Shown: piece by piece, positions 1-11,500 of the stretch
Numbering within the stretch: the first letter of the stretch is position 1
Layout: each line of letters opens with the position of its first letter
Source: a virus
Taxonomy: Duplodnaviria > Heunggongvirae > Uroviricota > Caudoviricetes
Virus record (IMG/VR): IMGVR_UViG_3300042009_000020
Span: 37,780 to 101,779 of that record
Direction: 5' to 3' (one strand)
Length of the DNA: 64,000 bases
Translations under genes and position numbers: made by a program
Notes under the pieces: model-generated
Told to the model about the DNA's origin: nothing
Databases searched by the model: none
What the model saw: only the letters and a program-made list of their open reading frames with translations

Positions 1-2892
1 GTTAAATCATCTCAGACAGGAAGTCCTGAACATCAGGCTAGGCAGTATCAGGCTGCAATAGACAGACTTGTACCAATGAACGCACAACTGCGTAACTTGG
101 CTGAAGCTGAGAAGGTGTTACAGCAAACTAAAGCTGCTGGTCATGTAACTACCGAACAACAAATTAAAGACTATGATCGAGCAACTAAAGCGATTGCTGC
201 TGAACGTGCTGAGATTGAACGACGTAACTCTATTGGTAGTAAAGGTAACTCTGCTAAACAAAACCAAGCCGCTTTGAATGGTTTACCTGCTCAGTTCACT
301 GACGTTGTTGTTTCCTTACAAGGTGGTCAAAACCCACTGACTGTATTGTTGCAACAGGGTGGACAAGTAAAGGATATGTTTGGTGGTGTAGGTAATGCAG
401 CTAAAGCAGTTGGTGGTGCATTGCTCAGCATGGTCAACCCTGCATCTATTGCAATTGCATCTATTGTCAGTCTTGGGTATGTATTACATTCTGGTTCTGC
501 TGAAGCAACAGATTTTAACAAGTCATTAGCAGCTTCAGCTAACTTCTCTGGTGCTTCTACTAACCGACTCTTAGAGTTGCAAGGTAGTATATCGTCTGTC
601 TCTGGTACAATGGGACTTGCTGCTGAATCATTAACAGCTATGACCGCATCTGGTAAAATTTCTGTTGATCAGTTTGAAGCAATTGGTATCGCTGCTGCTA
701 AAATGCAACGTACTACTGGTCAAGAGATTCAGAAGACCGTTGATGAGTTTGCATCTCTTGCGAAAGACCCAGCAAGCGCGGTCATCACTCTGAATGAGAA
801 GTATAACTTCCTGACATCAGCTGTGTATGCTCAGATTACAGCCTTGCAACGTCAAGGTGATGAGATGGGTGCTACAGCTCTTGCACAACAAGAGATGGCT
901 GCTGGTGCTGCTAATATGGCAGACAACATCAAAGCTAACCTTGGCACAATCGAAACAGTATGGAAGAACATTCGTGAAGCTGCTGCTGAAGGTTGGGATG
1001 CAATGTTGGGTGTTGGTCGCACACAAGACATCGATACTCAGATTGCTAGTAAGCAGAAGATTCTAGACGACAGAAAAACTGGATTGTTGGGCTTCCTTAA
1101 TCTAGATGGTCTTAGTGAAAACTCTGCATCGACTAAGTTTATTGAAGGTGAAATTAAAGCACTCAAACGGTCAAAGGCTCAGCTTGAGGAGAATGAAAAG
1201 GCTCAGTCTCTAGTAACACAATCCAAGAGAAAAGCAACTGAAGCTCAGAAGTTTAACGACAATGAAGAGATGTCCAGCCGGACACAGTTGCAAGTTCTCG
1301 AAGACAAGTTGAAATTGTCACGAGTAAAGAACAAAGAGATTGCTGAAGAGGCAAGCCGACTGGGTGTGAAGGTTAGTCCTGAACAGATTGAACAACAGGC
1401 TCGTATCATTTCAAATCTAGATAAGAAAATCAAAGATGAGAAAGACAGACTCGCTAAAGCAAACGCACCAAAATCTGTACCTCTTGACACTCGTGAGATT
1501 CAAGATGTTAAGAGCAACCTGTCTGTAATCACTTCTGAGTATGATGGTTATTACAAGAAGGTCACAGCACTTGGTGATTCTCATATCGTCTCTGCTGCCG
1601 CTACAGCTGCCTCTCAGAAGGCAATTCTTGATGCTGAGTCCAAAGCTATCACTGAAGCTTATGATGAACAGATTGATGCTATCAAGAAGTTGCAAGGCAA
1701 CAAGAAGAACACTGCTGCTCAAAACATCTCTCTGGATAACCAACTGACTAAAGCACAAGATGCTCAGTTGAAAGCTCAACAAGATATTGCTGCTAAACGT
1801 GAAGTGATTGGGATCAAAGAGAAAGCTGATCTTGATAAACGTACAGAAAGTATCTTGGCTTACAACGAAGCACTTCAACAACAGATTGAGAACACTCGTA
1901 TTGTTGGTCAACGTGCTGTTGCTGCTGTTGGTCAAGGTGATCGTGTAGGTAAACTCAATGACGATCTTGGTCAAGCTGACAGAGACTTTGGTAAAGAACA
2001 ACTCAAGCTGTCTAAGCAAAAGGGTACAATGGACCCTGTAGAGTATGCCTCTAAACTAAAAGACCTCACAGATGCGCATACGGAAATGCGGGACGTCATT
2101 ATCTCCAACGATAAAGATATCCAGAAAGCAAATGGACAGTGGACCAATGGATTGACCAAGGCATTGCAGAATGCTGCTGATGAAGGTGCTAACTTTGCAT
2201 CGACAGTTAACTCAGCAGTGAGTGGTGCATTCGATAGTATGGGTGATGCCTTCGGTGAGTTTGTTACCACTGGTAAACTAAGCTTCCGAGACTTGACAGT
2301 CAGTATCCTTTCCAACATGGCTAAGCTTGCTGCCCAACAGGCAAGTAGTGCTCTTCTGAGTAGTTTGTTTGGTGCTGTACTTTCGGGTATTGGTGGTGGA
2401 GCTGGTGCAACCAATGGCTTTGCTGCTGGTAGTGCTGGTGCTACATCGTCTGCTGCTGGTGCCTCTCAGGCTGGTTACAACAACATTAGTTCATGGCAAG
2501 AGAAAGGCGGTGCTTGGTCTGGTGGTACTCAAATGTTTGCGAATGGTGGTGCTTTCACCAACTCCATTGTTTCACAACCAACCTCGTTTGGTATGGCAAA
2601 TGGTGCGCAAGGAATCATGGGTGAAAAGAAACCGGAAGCAATCATTCCACTTTCTCGAACAAGCACTGGTGAACTTGGTGTGAGAATGACAGGTGGAGGC
2701 GGTGGAGGCGGAACAGTCGTCAACGTCAATGTTCAAGTTGCTGAAGGTAGTAGTTCCTCTTCTAGTGATGGTGGTGATAGTTGGAATCAGTTTGGTAACG
2801 AGATGGGTGCATTTGTTGAGAAGAAAGTTTACACAATCATCAACTCCGAAACTCGTCCGGGTGGTTCTCTTCAAGCTCAGAATGGTCGGTAA
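1..2892 (+). CDS. tail tape measure protein (frame open from window edge; first ATG at 76, probably 5' partial)
   Basis: 938+ aa, long Ala/Gln/Lys-rich coiled-coil region, Gly-rich C-terminus (GGGGGGG), directly upstream of lambda M/L/K/I/J homologues; no SD before ATG 76. Confidence 0.85.
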   Translation, partial: VKSSQTGSPEHQARQYQAAIDRLVPMNAQLRNLAEAEKVLQQTKAAGHVTTEQQIKDYDRATKAIAAERAEIERRNSIGSKGNSAKQNQAALNGLPAQFTDVVVSLQGGQNPLTVLLQQGGQVKDMFGGVGNAAKAVGGALLSMVNPASIAIASIVSLGYVLHSGSAEATDFNKSLAASANFSGASTNRLLELQGSISSVSGTMGLAAESLTAMTASGKISVDQFEAIGIAAAKMQRTTGQEIQKTVDEFASLAKDPASAVITLNEKYNFLTSAVYAQITALQRQGDEMGATALAQQEMAAGAANMADNIKANLGTIETVWKNIREAAAEGWDAMLGVGRTQDIDTQIASKQKILDDRKTGLLGFLNLDGLSENSASTKFIEGEIKALKRSKAQLEENEKAQSLVTQSKRKATEAQKFNDNEEMSSRTQLQVLEDKLKLSRVKNKEIAEEASRLGVKVSPEQIEQQARIISNLDKKIKDEKDRLAKANAPKSVPLDTREIQDVKSNLSVITSEYDGYYKKVTALGDSHIVSAAATAASQKAILDAESKAITEAYDEQIDAIKKLQGNKKNTAAQNISLDNQLTKAQDAQLKAQQDIAAKREVIGIKEKADLDKRTESILAYNEALQQQIENTRIVGQRAVAAVGQGDRVGKLNDDLGQADRDFGKEQLKLSKQKGTMDPVEYASKLKDLTDAHTEMRDVIISNDKDIQKANGQWTNGLTKALQNAADEGANFASTVNSAVSGAFDSMGDAFGEFVTTGKLSFRDLTVSILSNMAKLAAQQASSALLSSLFGAVLSGIGGGAGATNGFAAGSAGATSSAAGASQAGYNNISSWQEKGGAWSGGTQMFANGGAFTNSIVSQPTSFGMANGAQGIMGEKKPEAIIPLSRTSTGELGVRMTGGGGGGGTVVNVNVQVAEGSSSSSSDGGDSWNQFGNEMGAFVEKKVYTIINSETRPGGSLQAQNGR

Positions 2893-2895
2893 CTA

Positions 2896-2924
2896 TTGAC
2901 AAACAAATAAAAAACTAGTAGAAT
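2896..2924 (+). promoter_or_regulatory. sigma70-like promoter TTGACA-N17-TAGAAT
   Basis: exact -35 TTGACA (2896-2901), 17-nt spacer, TAGAAT (2919-2924); same class as other promoters in window. Confidence 0.5.
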
Positions 2925-2933
2925 GTATCAAGT

Positions 2934-2968
2934 TACAGGGGAGAGAAATCTTCCCTGTTTTTATTTCT
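2934..2968 (+). terminator. intrinsic terminator/attenuator hairpin
   Basis: ACAGGG..loop..CCCTGT stem followed by TTTTTATTT. Confidence 0.6.
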
Positions 2969-2979
2969 GGAGACAATAA

Positions 2980-3324
2980 ATGGCAAAGACATTTGGTTGG
3001 AAGGTTGAGAGAAGTGTTGACCCAACGAATAAGTTTCGTGTTATTGAAACACAGTTCGGTGACGGGTATAAACAGACATCAGCTGATGGTATCAACACTA
3101 AAGACGAACAGTATGTAATTACTGTCAACGCTTATAAAGTTGAAGCCCAAAAGATTATGGACTTCTTTGATGAACACCAAGGTTGGAAGAGTTTCTTCTG
3201 GACACCACCACTTGGTAAACTATCTTTGTTCACATGTGCTGATCCAAAGCAAACCGAACAAGGTGCTGGTCTGTACAAAATATCAGGTACATTTGTTAAG
3301 AGTTATTCAGCACCCTCATCCTAA
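2980..3324 (+). CDS. M: minor tail protein M (lambda gpM-like)
   Basis: 114 aa, position after tape measure and before L; FWTPP/Gly-rich features of gpM family; RBS GGAG. Confidence 0.75.
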   Translation: MAKTFGWKVERSVDPTNKFRVIETQFGDGYKQTSADGINTKDEQYVITVNAYKVEAQKIMDFFDEHQGWKSFFWTPPLGKLSLFTCADPKQTEQGAGLYKISGTFVKSYSAPSS

Positions 3325-3336
3325 TAAGGAGAAAAT

Positions 3337-4080
3337 ATGGCAATCACCAACATCCTGCAAACGATTCAGAAACTTGAAGTGGGTGCGAAGGTTAAACTGA
3401 TCGAGGTTGACTGCACCGAGTTTGGTGGTGATGTCCTTCGATTCCACAATTACAATGTAGATTATACCCCAGCAGAACTAGCTGCTTTTCAACTTAGTGG
3501 TGCTGAGATTCCACCAAAACCAATCATGTGGAAAGGTGACGCATACACTACATGGCCCTACGTCTTAACTGGTATTGAGTGGGATGGTACGGGTAAAAGC
3601 CCACAACCAACATTGGAAGTTGCAAACGTTGATGGCTCTATTAGCTCGATGTGTCTATTGCTTCAAAACTTGTTTGGTGCAAAAGTAACGGAACATACAA
3701 CTTTCCGTCAGTACCTTTCTGATGGTGAAGATCCCGATGAAACAATGGAGTTCACACAGAGTTGGTATGTTACTCGAAAGAGTGGTGAAAACCAATCAAC
3801 TGTGGCATTTGAGTTGTCTTCACCTGCTGACTTTACAGGTCGTAGTCTTCCACGTCGTCAAATATATTCCATGTGTCACTGGGCAATGAATGGTAACTAT
3901 CGTGGTCCTGATTGTGGTTACACAGGTGTTAGTTACTTCACTGAAAAAGGTGTACCAACAACTAACCCTGCCTTGGATAAATGTGGTGGTCTTTGCCTTG
4001 ATTGCAAACTTCGCTTCGGTGAAGAATCCCCGTTACCATTTGGTGGTTTCATTGCAAGCAGCTTGATTGCGAGGGGTTGA
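3337..4080 (+). CDS. L: minor tail protein L (lambda gpL-like)
   Basis: 247 aa; WPYVLTGIEWDGTG and C-terminal Cys cluster CGGLCLDC..FGGF match gpL Fe-S tail tip protein. Confidence 0.85.
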   Translation: MAITNILQTIQKLEVGAKVKLIEVDCTEFGGDVLRFHNYNVDYTPAELAAFQLSGAEIPPKPIMWKGDAYTTWPYVLTGIEWDGTGKSPQPTLEVANVDGSISSMCLLLQNLFGAKVTEHTTFRQYLSDGEDPDETMEFTQSWYVTRKSGENQSTVAFELSSPADFTGRSLPRRQIYSMCHWAMNGNYRGPDCGYTGVSYFTEKGVPTTNPALDKCGGLCLDCKLRFGEESPLPFGGFIASSLIARG

Positions 4081-4085
4081 TTATT

Positions 4086-4889
4086 ATGATTCCAGATAAG
4101 CTGAATAGTAAGACAATGAAAGATATCATGAAACATGCAAAGGAAGGTTATCCAAACGAGATTTGCGGTGTAGTAATTATTGGTGAAAAAGGCGAGAAGT
4201 ATGTACGGTGTGTAAACATTGCCGAATCGTCTACTGATGAATTCCACATGTGTCCTGACTCTTATATTGATGCTGAAGAACTTGGTACTGTTGTTGGTAT
4301 TGTTCACAGTCATCCAGACGGCACCACACGCCCGTCAAGCCACGATATTGCAGTAATGAGCCGTAACTATGAAGTCCAACTTATCGTTGACCCAGAGAGC
4401 GATCCGGTGCCTTGGCACATCGTTAGTTGGCCTGAAGGTGACTACAGACAAATCATTCCTGAAGTAACTACTAATCTTCTAGATAAACCATTTGTACATG
4501 GAGTATGGGATTGTTGGGCAACCTGTGAATCGTATTATAAGAAGTATCATGGAATTGAGTTTCCACAATATGATCGTAAAGACCGATGGTGGGAAGAGAA
4601 AGAAACAACTTCATTCTATGAAGAGTTCCACAAAGAAGCGGGGTTCTATGAAGTTAATGACTTACAACCGGGTGATATGATTGTCATGCAAATCGGTAGA
4701 AGTTATCACCCAAACCATGCTGGTATTTATCTTGGTGAAGTGTCCGAGTTTGAAGGTCGTCAACTATTTGGTAAAACACTCATGCTTCACCACATGTACG
4801 ACAAGAAAAGTGATGTCATTGTATACGGTGGTCAGTGGCAACAACGCACACGAATGATTCTGAGACATAGAGAGGTGAAACATGTCTGA
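4086..4889 (+). CDS. K: tail tip protein K (MPN/JAB metalloprotease + NlpC/P60 domains)
   Basis: HSHPDGTTRPSSHD JAMM motif, C-terminal CW..C/H NlpC-P60-like; ATG 4086 has GAGGGG SD (ORF track start 4077 is TTG). Confidence 0.85.
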   Translation: MIPDKLNSKTMKDIMKHAKEGYPNEICGVVIIGEKGEKYVRCVNIAESSTDEFHMCPDSYIDAEELGTVVGIVHSHPDGTTRPSSHDIAVMSRNYEVQLIVDPESDPVPWHIVSWPEGDYRQIIPEVTTNLLDKPFVHGVWDCWATCESYYKKYHGIEFPQYDRKDRWWEEKETTSFYEEFHKEAGFYEVNDLQPGDMIVMQIGRSYHPNHAGIYLGEVSEFEGRQLFGKTLMLHHMYDKKSDVIVYGGQWQQRTRMILRHREVKHV

Positions 4890-5493
4890 GGTATGGATTG
4901 AAGTTCAACCCGGTGGTTACCTTAAAAAGTTTGGTAATCACAAATTCCTCGTAAACAATCCTGCTGAAGCAATTAAAGCAATGCTCATGCAAGTAAAGGG
5001 ATTCGAGGCAGCATTTAAAGGTGCTGAAAAGAAAGGTATCAAGTTTGCAGTTAGAACAGAGAAGCGAGATATTACTGCACCAGAGCAACTTCATATGGGT
5101 AAGCCAAAGATTCTCAAGCTTATCCCCAAGTATGCTGGTGGTAAGAATAGTGCTATGACATTCCTTGCTGTAGCTGTAATTATTGCAGCCACTGTGTTTA
5201 CAGCGGGTGCCGCTGGTTTTGGTGCTGGTGCATGGTTCGCAGCAGGTAGTACAAGTGCGGCTATCGCAACATCTATTGCAGTTAGTTTAGCAATTGGTGG
5301 TATTACACAAATGCTTAGTCCTCAACCTGATGGACTATCGACACGTACTGACCCAGATAACAAAGCATCTTATGCTTTCGGTGGTCCTGTAAACACTGCT
5401 GCACAAGGTGTTCCTGTTCCAGTGTTCTACGGATACAGGGAGGTCGGTGGTGCTGTCATCTCGGCTAGCGTTGTATCTGAAGATCAACAATAA
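4882..5493 (+). CDS. I: tail assembly protein I (lambda gpI-like)
   Basis: 203 aa between K and J, N-terminal globular part plus hydrophobic Ala/Gly-rich C-terminal region as in gpI. Confidence 0.7.
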   Translation: MSEVWIEVQPGGYLKKFGNHKFLVNNPAEAIKAMLMQVKGFEAAFKGAEKKGIKFAVRTEKRDITAPEQLHMGKPKILKLIPKYAGGKNSAMTFLAVAVIIAATVFTAGAAGFGAGAWFAAGSTSAAIATSIAVSLAIGGITQMLSPQPDGLSTRTDPDNKASYAFGGPVNTAAQGVPVPVFYGYREVGGAVISASVVSEDQQ

Positions 5494-5510
5494 TGTAGGA
5501 GAAAAGAAGA

Positions 5511-8500
5511 ATGCTTGATTATGAAATTCACGGTGGTAAAGGTGGTGGAGATAAACCACATACCCCTGTTGAAACACCTAATAACCTCCTTTCGGTTGCT
5601 TATGCAAAGGTGTTGATTGCTGTAGCTGAAGGTGAACTTGCTGGTGTTCCAACTAATCAAGACATCTTCCTTGACGGCACTCCACTTGCAAACCCAGATG
5701 GTTCACTTAACTTCGGTGGTGTTAAATGGGAATGGCGTTCGGGTACTCAGGATCAAACCTATATCCAAGGTCTACCAGAAGTATCAACAGAATACAACGT
5801 TGGTGTTGAGCTGAAGTCTACAACCCCTTGGGTTCGTAACATTACAAAGACTGAGCTTGATGGTGTACGTGTAACATTCCAATGGCCTGCTCTCTTGGAA
5901 CAAAAGTCGAATGGTGACACCGTTGGTGTTTCTATGGACTACAAGATCCAATTGTCGAAAGATGGTGGTGCCTTCACTGACTACAAAACATACACCATCA
6001 GTGGTAAAACCAACACAACATATGAACGTACACACCGTATTGATCTACCAAAGGCAACAACCGGTTGGATCATCCGTGCTGTTAAACTTACAGCAGATAC
6101 TACTTCTGGTACAATCCAAGACACAATGACTGTAAAGAGTGTCGCTGAAGTAGTTGACGTAAAACAACGCTATCCAAACACAGCCCTTCTGTATGTTGAA
6201 TTCGACAGTCGTATGTTTGGTGGTGGTTCAATCCCTAAAGTGTCTGTACGAACTAAAGGTCGTGTTATCCGTGTACCTGACAACTATGACCCAGTGGCAC
6301 GTACTTACAGTGGTGTTTGGAGTGGTGCCTTTAAGTGGGCTTGGAGTGATAACCCTGCGTGGGTCTACCACGATATCATTACTCAAGATCGTTTCGGTCT
6401 GGGTAATAAAGTCAGTCTGAACATGGTTGATAAGTGGGCACTCTATGAAATTTCACAACATTGTGATGTCATGGTTGATAACGGTTACAACGTTGGTGTC
6501 CTACAACCACGTCACACATGTAACATCTATATCCAAGAGAAGCGAGATGCTTGGCAAGTGTTGCGTGACATCGCTAGTATATTCAACGGTATGACCTATT
6601 GGAACGGTAATCAGTTTACAGCAATTGCTGACAAACAAGAACCATTCAACAACGCTCCTGTGTTCTCTCGTTCTAATGTAATTAATGGTCGTTTCGATTA
6701 TGCCGCTGCTGATGATAAGAGTATCTACACAAGTGCTCTGGTTAGTTATGATGAACCTGAAAACCATTACAACACAGCAGTGGAATCCACGTTTGAAACA
6801 GAACAGATTCTTCGCTGGGGTGGTGATCGTCAGATTGAAATCAGTGCCATTGGTTGTACATCTCGTGGTGAAGCACAACGTCGTGGTAAGTATGCATTAA
6901 TCACTAACATGTATAACCGTACCGTATCTTTCCGTACAGGTCTTCAAGGTCTGAATGACGAAGTGATGCCGGGTAAGTTGATCCATGTTGTCGACCCACT
7001 TATTGGTGGTCGTCCTTTCACTGGTCGTATTAAAGCTGCTGTTGGTACTGTACTCACACTGGATCGTACTGTTGATGCTGTTGCTGGCGATATCATGTAT
7101 ATCACCAAGTCGGATGGTGTTTCTGAAGGTCGTACAATCTCTGCTGTAGCTGGTAATATCGTTACCCTGCAAGTTGCGTACACAGAGTTACCAAAGCCAA
7201 ACGCTGTATGGTATCTCGAAGCTGCTGACCTCAAGTCGCAGTTGTTCCGTGTAACCAAGATCACTTCGCCAGAAGAGAGTGTGTATGAGATTGAAGGTGT
7301 TGAATACAACGACAGTAAGTATGCAGCAGTTGACACAGGTGCTAGACTTGAACCAAGACCAATCAGCGTAGTTCCACCAAACATTCAACAGCCACCAACC
7401 AATGTTAACATCATTTCTCAGACCTACGTTGAACAAATGATGTCTGTTAACACAATGGTTATCTCTTGGAATCAAACCCAGAATGCTGTTGGTTATGAAG
7501 TACAGTGGAAAGTTGAAAATGGTGACTGGGTAAACGCTGGTACTACTGGTGCTTTGTCTGTTACCGTGAAAGGTATTTACACCGGTCAATATGTTGCTCG
7601 TGTACGTGCTATCAACGCATTCGATATCAAGTCTATTTGGGTTTCAAGTGCACTGACTACACTTAACGGTAAGGTTGGTTTACCACCTGCTTTGACTAGT
7701 CTGTCAGTTGAACCACTTGTTTTTGGTATGAAACTTAACTGGACTTTCCCAGTTGGTGCAGAAGATACTGCTCGTACAGAAATCATGTACAGTCCAACTC
7801 AATTCTTTGCAAGTGCAACTAAGCTGGGTGACTTTGCTTATCCGCAAACGTCGCACTCAATCAATGGGTTGAAGGCTGGTCAGACTTTCTACTTCTGGGG
7901 TAGGTTGGTAGATAGAACCGGTAATATTGGTCCTTACTTCCCACTGACTACACAGAATGGTGTGATGGGTCTGTCGAGTACGGATGTTGCAGAGTATGAA
8001 GAATACTTCATAGACATGATCAACGAGTCTGCCCTTGGTCAACAACTTGGTGCGAAGATCGATAAGATTGAAATCATTGAAGCTGATCTTGATTTGGTTG
8101 AGATTGATCTTGATTTGGTTAAGACAGATGTTGATCAGATTAAGACTGATGTTGTGCAACTCGAAGTTGAATTTGATACAGCGATTGACAAGGTTAACAC
8201 TAACGTCAACTGGATCGAATCACAAATTGCAGGTGTAGAGCTTCAGTTGAAGAATGACCTTGTTATCACTCAAGGGGAACTTCAGACCAACCTTGATGAA
8301 CTTCAGGTTGACTTGGAAGCAGTAGACCAGATACTTGCTGATGCACTCGTTACCACTAAGAAAGATGTTGATGATATCAAAGAAGATGTTGTTGGTTTAA
8401 ACACTACTATTGATACTCTTCAGGATCAGGTTGATGGTATTACTGATGCATTGGAATACAACCCGAACAGAACATATGCTGCTGGTGAAGCCACACGTGT

Positions 8501-11500
8501 AGGAAACAATCTTTACCAAGCCACACAAAGTGTACCACTCGACACATCTCCACCAAATGCTACATACTGGAAAAATGTGGGTGAGGTCATCACTGCATAT
8601 GATGCGTTGGCTTCTCAGGTATCCACTAACACCACTAACATCACACAACAGGGTAATACACTCACTACCCAAGCTGGTCAGTTAACAGCTTTGACAACCC
8701 GAGTAAATACTGCTGAAGGTAACATCACTGGTAACAGTACAGCGATCACCAACCTTCAAACAACAGTGACCACACAAGGGAACAGTATTACCTCTCAAGG
8801 GAGTTTGATTACCGGTCTTCGGTCTGATGTAACTAGTCTGCAAACCGGACAATCTGGTAATGCTTCAGCGATCACTTCGTTAACCACACGAGTTACAACC
8901 GCCGAAGGAACGATTACTTCACAAGGTCAGTCAATTACTTCACTCAACGCCACTGTTGGGACTTTACAAACTGACTTAAATGGTGTAGAATCTACCGTAC
9001 TAGGACAGGGAACGGCCATTAATGGATTGACAACTACGGTCACCCAGCAAGGCAACACCCTTACTTCCCACGGTACAAGTATCACAGCACTTGAGAACAG
9101 TGTTTCGGATATCCAAACAGATGTATCTGGATTGACAACCACTGTTACCGGTCAAGGTACTTCCATCACCAATTTGCAAAACACTGTAACTCAGCAAGGT
9201 AACACAATCACAGCTCAGGCTCAGGACATTACAACCCTGAAATCTGATGTGTTGATTGATAAGACTGATATCAGCGGGCTCAAGACTACAACGACAGCAC
9301 AAGGTACTGCGATTACAAACTTGCAGACGACTGTGACCTCCCAAGGGAACAGCATCACATCAAACAGCAACAGTATCACCAACCTGACCAGCGATCTTCA
9401 CTTCAATGAATTGGATGCTCTCTACGAAGGTAATGAAACTGATGCTCAAATTGCTGATGCATTGGTCATCTCAAAAGCTACAGCTTCCGCAACAGAATCT
9501 CTGACAACGACAGTAACTTCTCATGAAGGTATTATCACAGCACAAGGTCAATCAATTACAGACTTGAAGGCTGCTCTTGAAGATTCGGATGGTAATATTG
9601 TTGGTCAAGCTAGTGCAATCGAGAGTCTTAAAACCAGTGTCACTCAACAAGGTAATACAATCAACTCACAAGGTGCTAGCATTACCAGTCTGGATAACAG
9701 CTTGGCAACCACTAACACCAATGTGGATGCTGCCCAACAAGCAGCAACTGATGCCAATACATTAGCTGGTGGAAAGGGTAAAGTATTCTTCCAAGCTTCG
9801 GCTCCTGCTGTTGGTGAGCAATTAAGTCAGAACCTTTGGATTGATACTACCGGGAACGCAAACACGCCTAAACGCTGGAATGGCTCGGCATGGGTAGCTG
9901 TAACTGACAAGGTAGCGACTGACGCTGCAACAGCAGCTGCTAACGCACTTACTCAAGTAGCTACAAAGGCTGATGCTTCAGCAGTGACGGCATTGACAAC
10001 CCGAGTAACTAACGCAGAAGGAACGATTACTTCACAAGGCACAAGCATCACCAGCTTGAACAACAGCCTGACAGTCACTAACACTAACGTGACAGCAGCT
10101 CAGAACGCAGCTCAGGCTGCTAGTGATCTTGCTGGTATCAAAGGTGAAGTGATCTACGGAAGCACAGCACCAACAACTGCACAACGTCTGCCTCAAAACC
10201 TTTGGATTGATACCACAAGTGGAGCAAACACTCCGAAGAGATGGTTGACGAACGCTTGGGTAGTTGTAACTGATAAAGTGGCTACAGACGCAGCAGCCGC
10301 TGCTGCAAGTGCTTTGACACAAGTTGCAACCAAAGCTGAAGCTAGTGCAGTAACATCGTTAACAACTCGCGTGACAAGTGCAGAGGGAACGATTACTTCC
10401 CAAGGTACAAGCATTACCAACCTGAACAACAGTTTGACGACTACCAATACCAACGTTAGTGCTGCACAAACAGCAGCTCAAGCTGCCAGTGATCTTGCTG
10501 GTACTAAAGGTAAGGTTCTGGTACAAACTACAACACCTGTTACCGCTGATCAACTTCCACAGAACTTGTGGATTGACATCACCAGCAGCAACAACACTCC
10601 TAAGAGATGGAACGGAAGTGCGTGGGTTGTGGTAACTGACAAGGTTGCTACTGATGCAGCAGCAGCCGCTGCTAATGCTTTGAGTGTTGCCAATACAAAG
10701 GCTGATGCATCTGCACTTAATGCCTTGACTACACGGGTTACCTCTGTTGAAGGTGTCACCACTTCACAAGGTTCTAGTATCACCACGTTGACAAACAACC
10801 TCAGTACCACTAACACCAACGTTACAGCCGCTCAGGCAGCAGCAGACGCTGCTAACACTCTTGCTGGTGGAAAGGGTAAGGTGTTCTATGGAAGTACAGC
10901 CCCTGCTACAGCAGAGCGTTTGAGTCAGAACCTCTGGATTGATACAACTGGTGGTTCTAACACACCTAAAAGATGGGATGGTTCAGCATGGACTGCTGTA
11001 ACTGATAAAGTGGCTACAGATGCCGCCATTGCTGCTGCTAACGCTTTAAGTGTTGCTAACACCAAGGCTGATGCCTCTGCTGTGACAGCTCTGACAAGTC
11101 GTGTAACAACGGCTGAAGGTAGTATCAGTTCACAGGGTACAAGCATTACAACGCTGAACAACAGTCTGACAACCACTAACAACAATGTAACCGCTGCTCA
11201 GGCTGCTGCTCAGGCCGCATCTGACCAAGCCGGTGCTAAAGGTGAAGTGATCTATGGTAGTACTGCTCCAGCAGTTGAGAAACGTCTTCCACAGAACTTG
11301 TGGATCGACACCACTGGTAATGCAAACACTCCTAAACGTTGGTTGACAAACGCATGGGTTGTGGTAACCGATAAGGTAGCTACTGATGCTGCAACAGCAG
11401 CAGCTAACGCACTTGCTCAGGTTGCTCTCAAAGCAGATAGTACAGCACTCACAGCTTTGACAAACACTGTTACCCAACAAGGTACTGACATCTCAGCGAA

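Noticed and set aside
1417-2414. Minus-strand ORFs 1417..2019 (200 aa) and 1971..2414 (147 aa) inside the tape measure gene
   Set aside because: Antisense to a long, well-supported late gene. They are low-complexity Leu/Ser-rich translations with no SD. They are spurious.
8082-8123. Short 21-nt tandem duplication (GATCTTGATTTGGTT x2) in J
   Set aside because: Simply encodes consecutive coiled-coil heptads (DLDLVEIDLDLVK). No independent feature.
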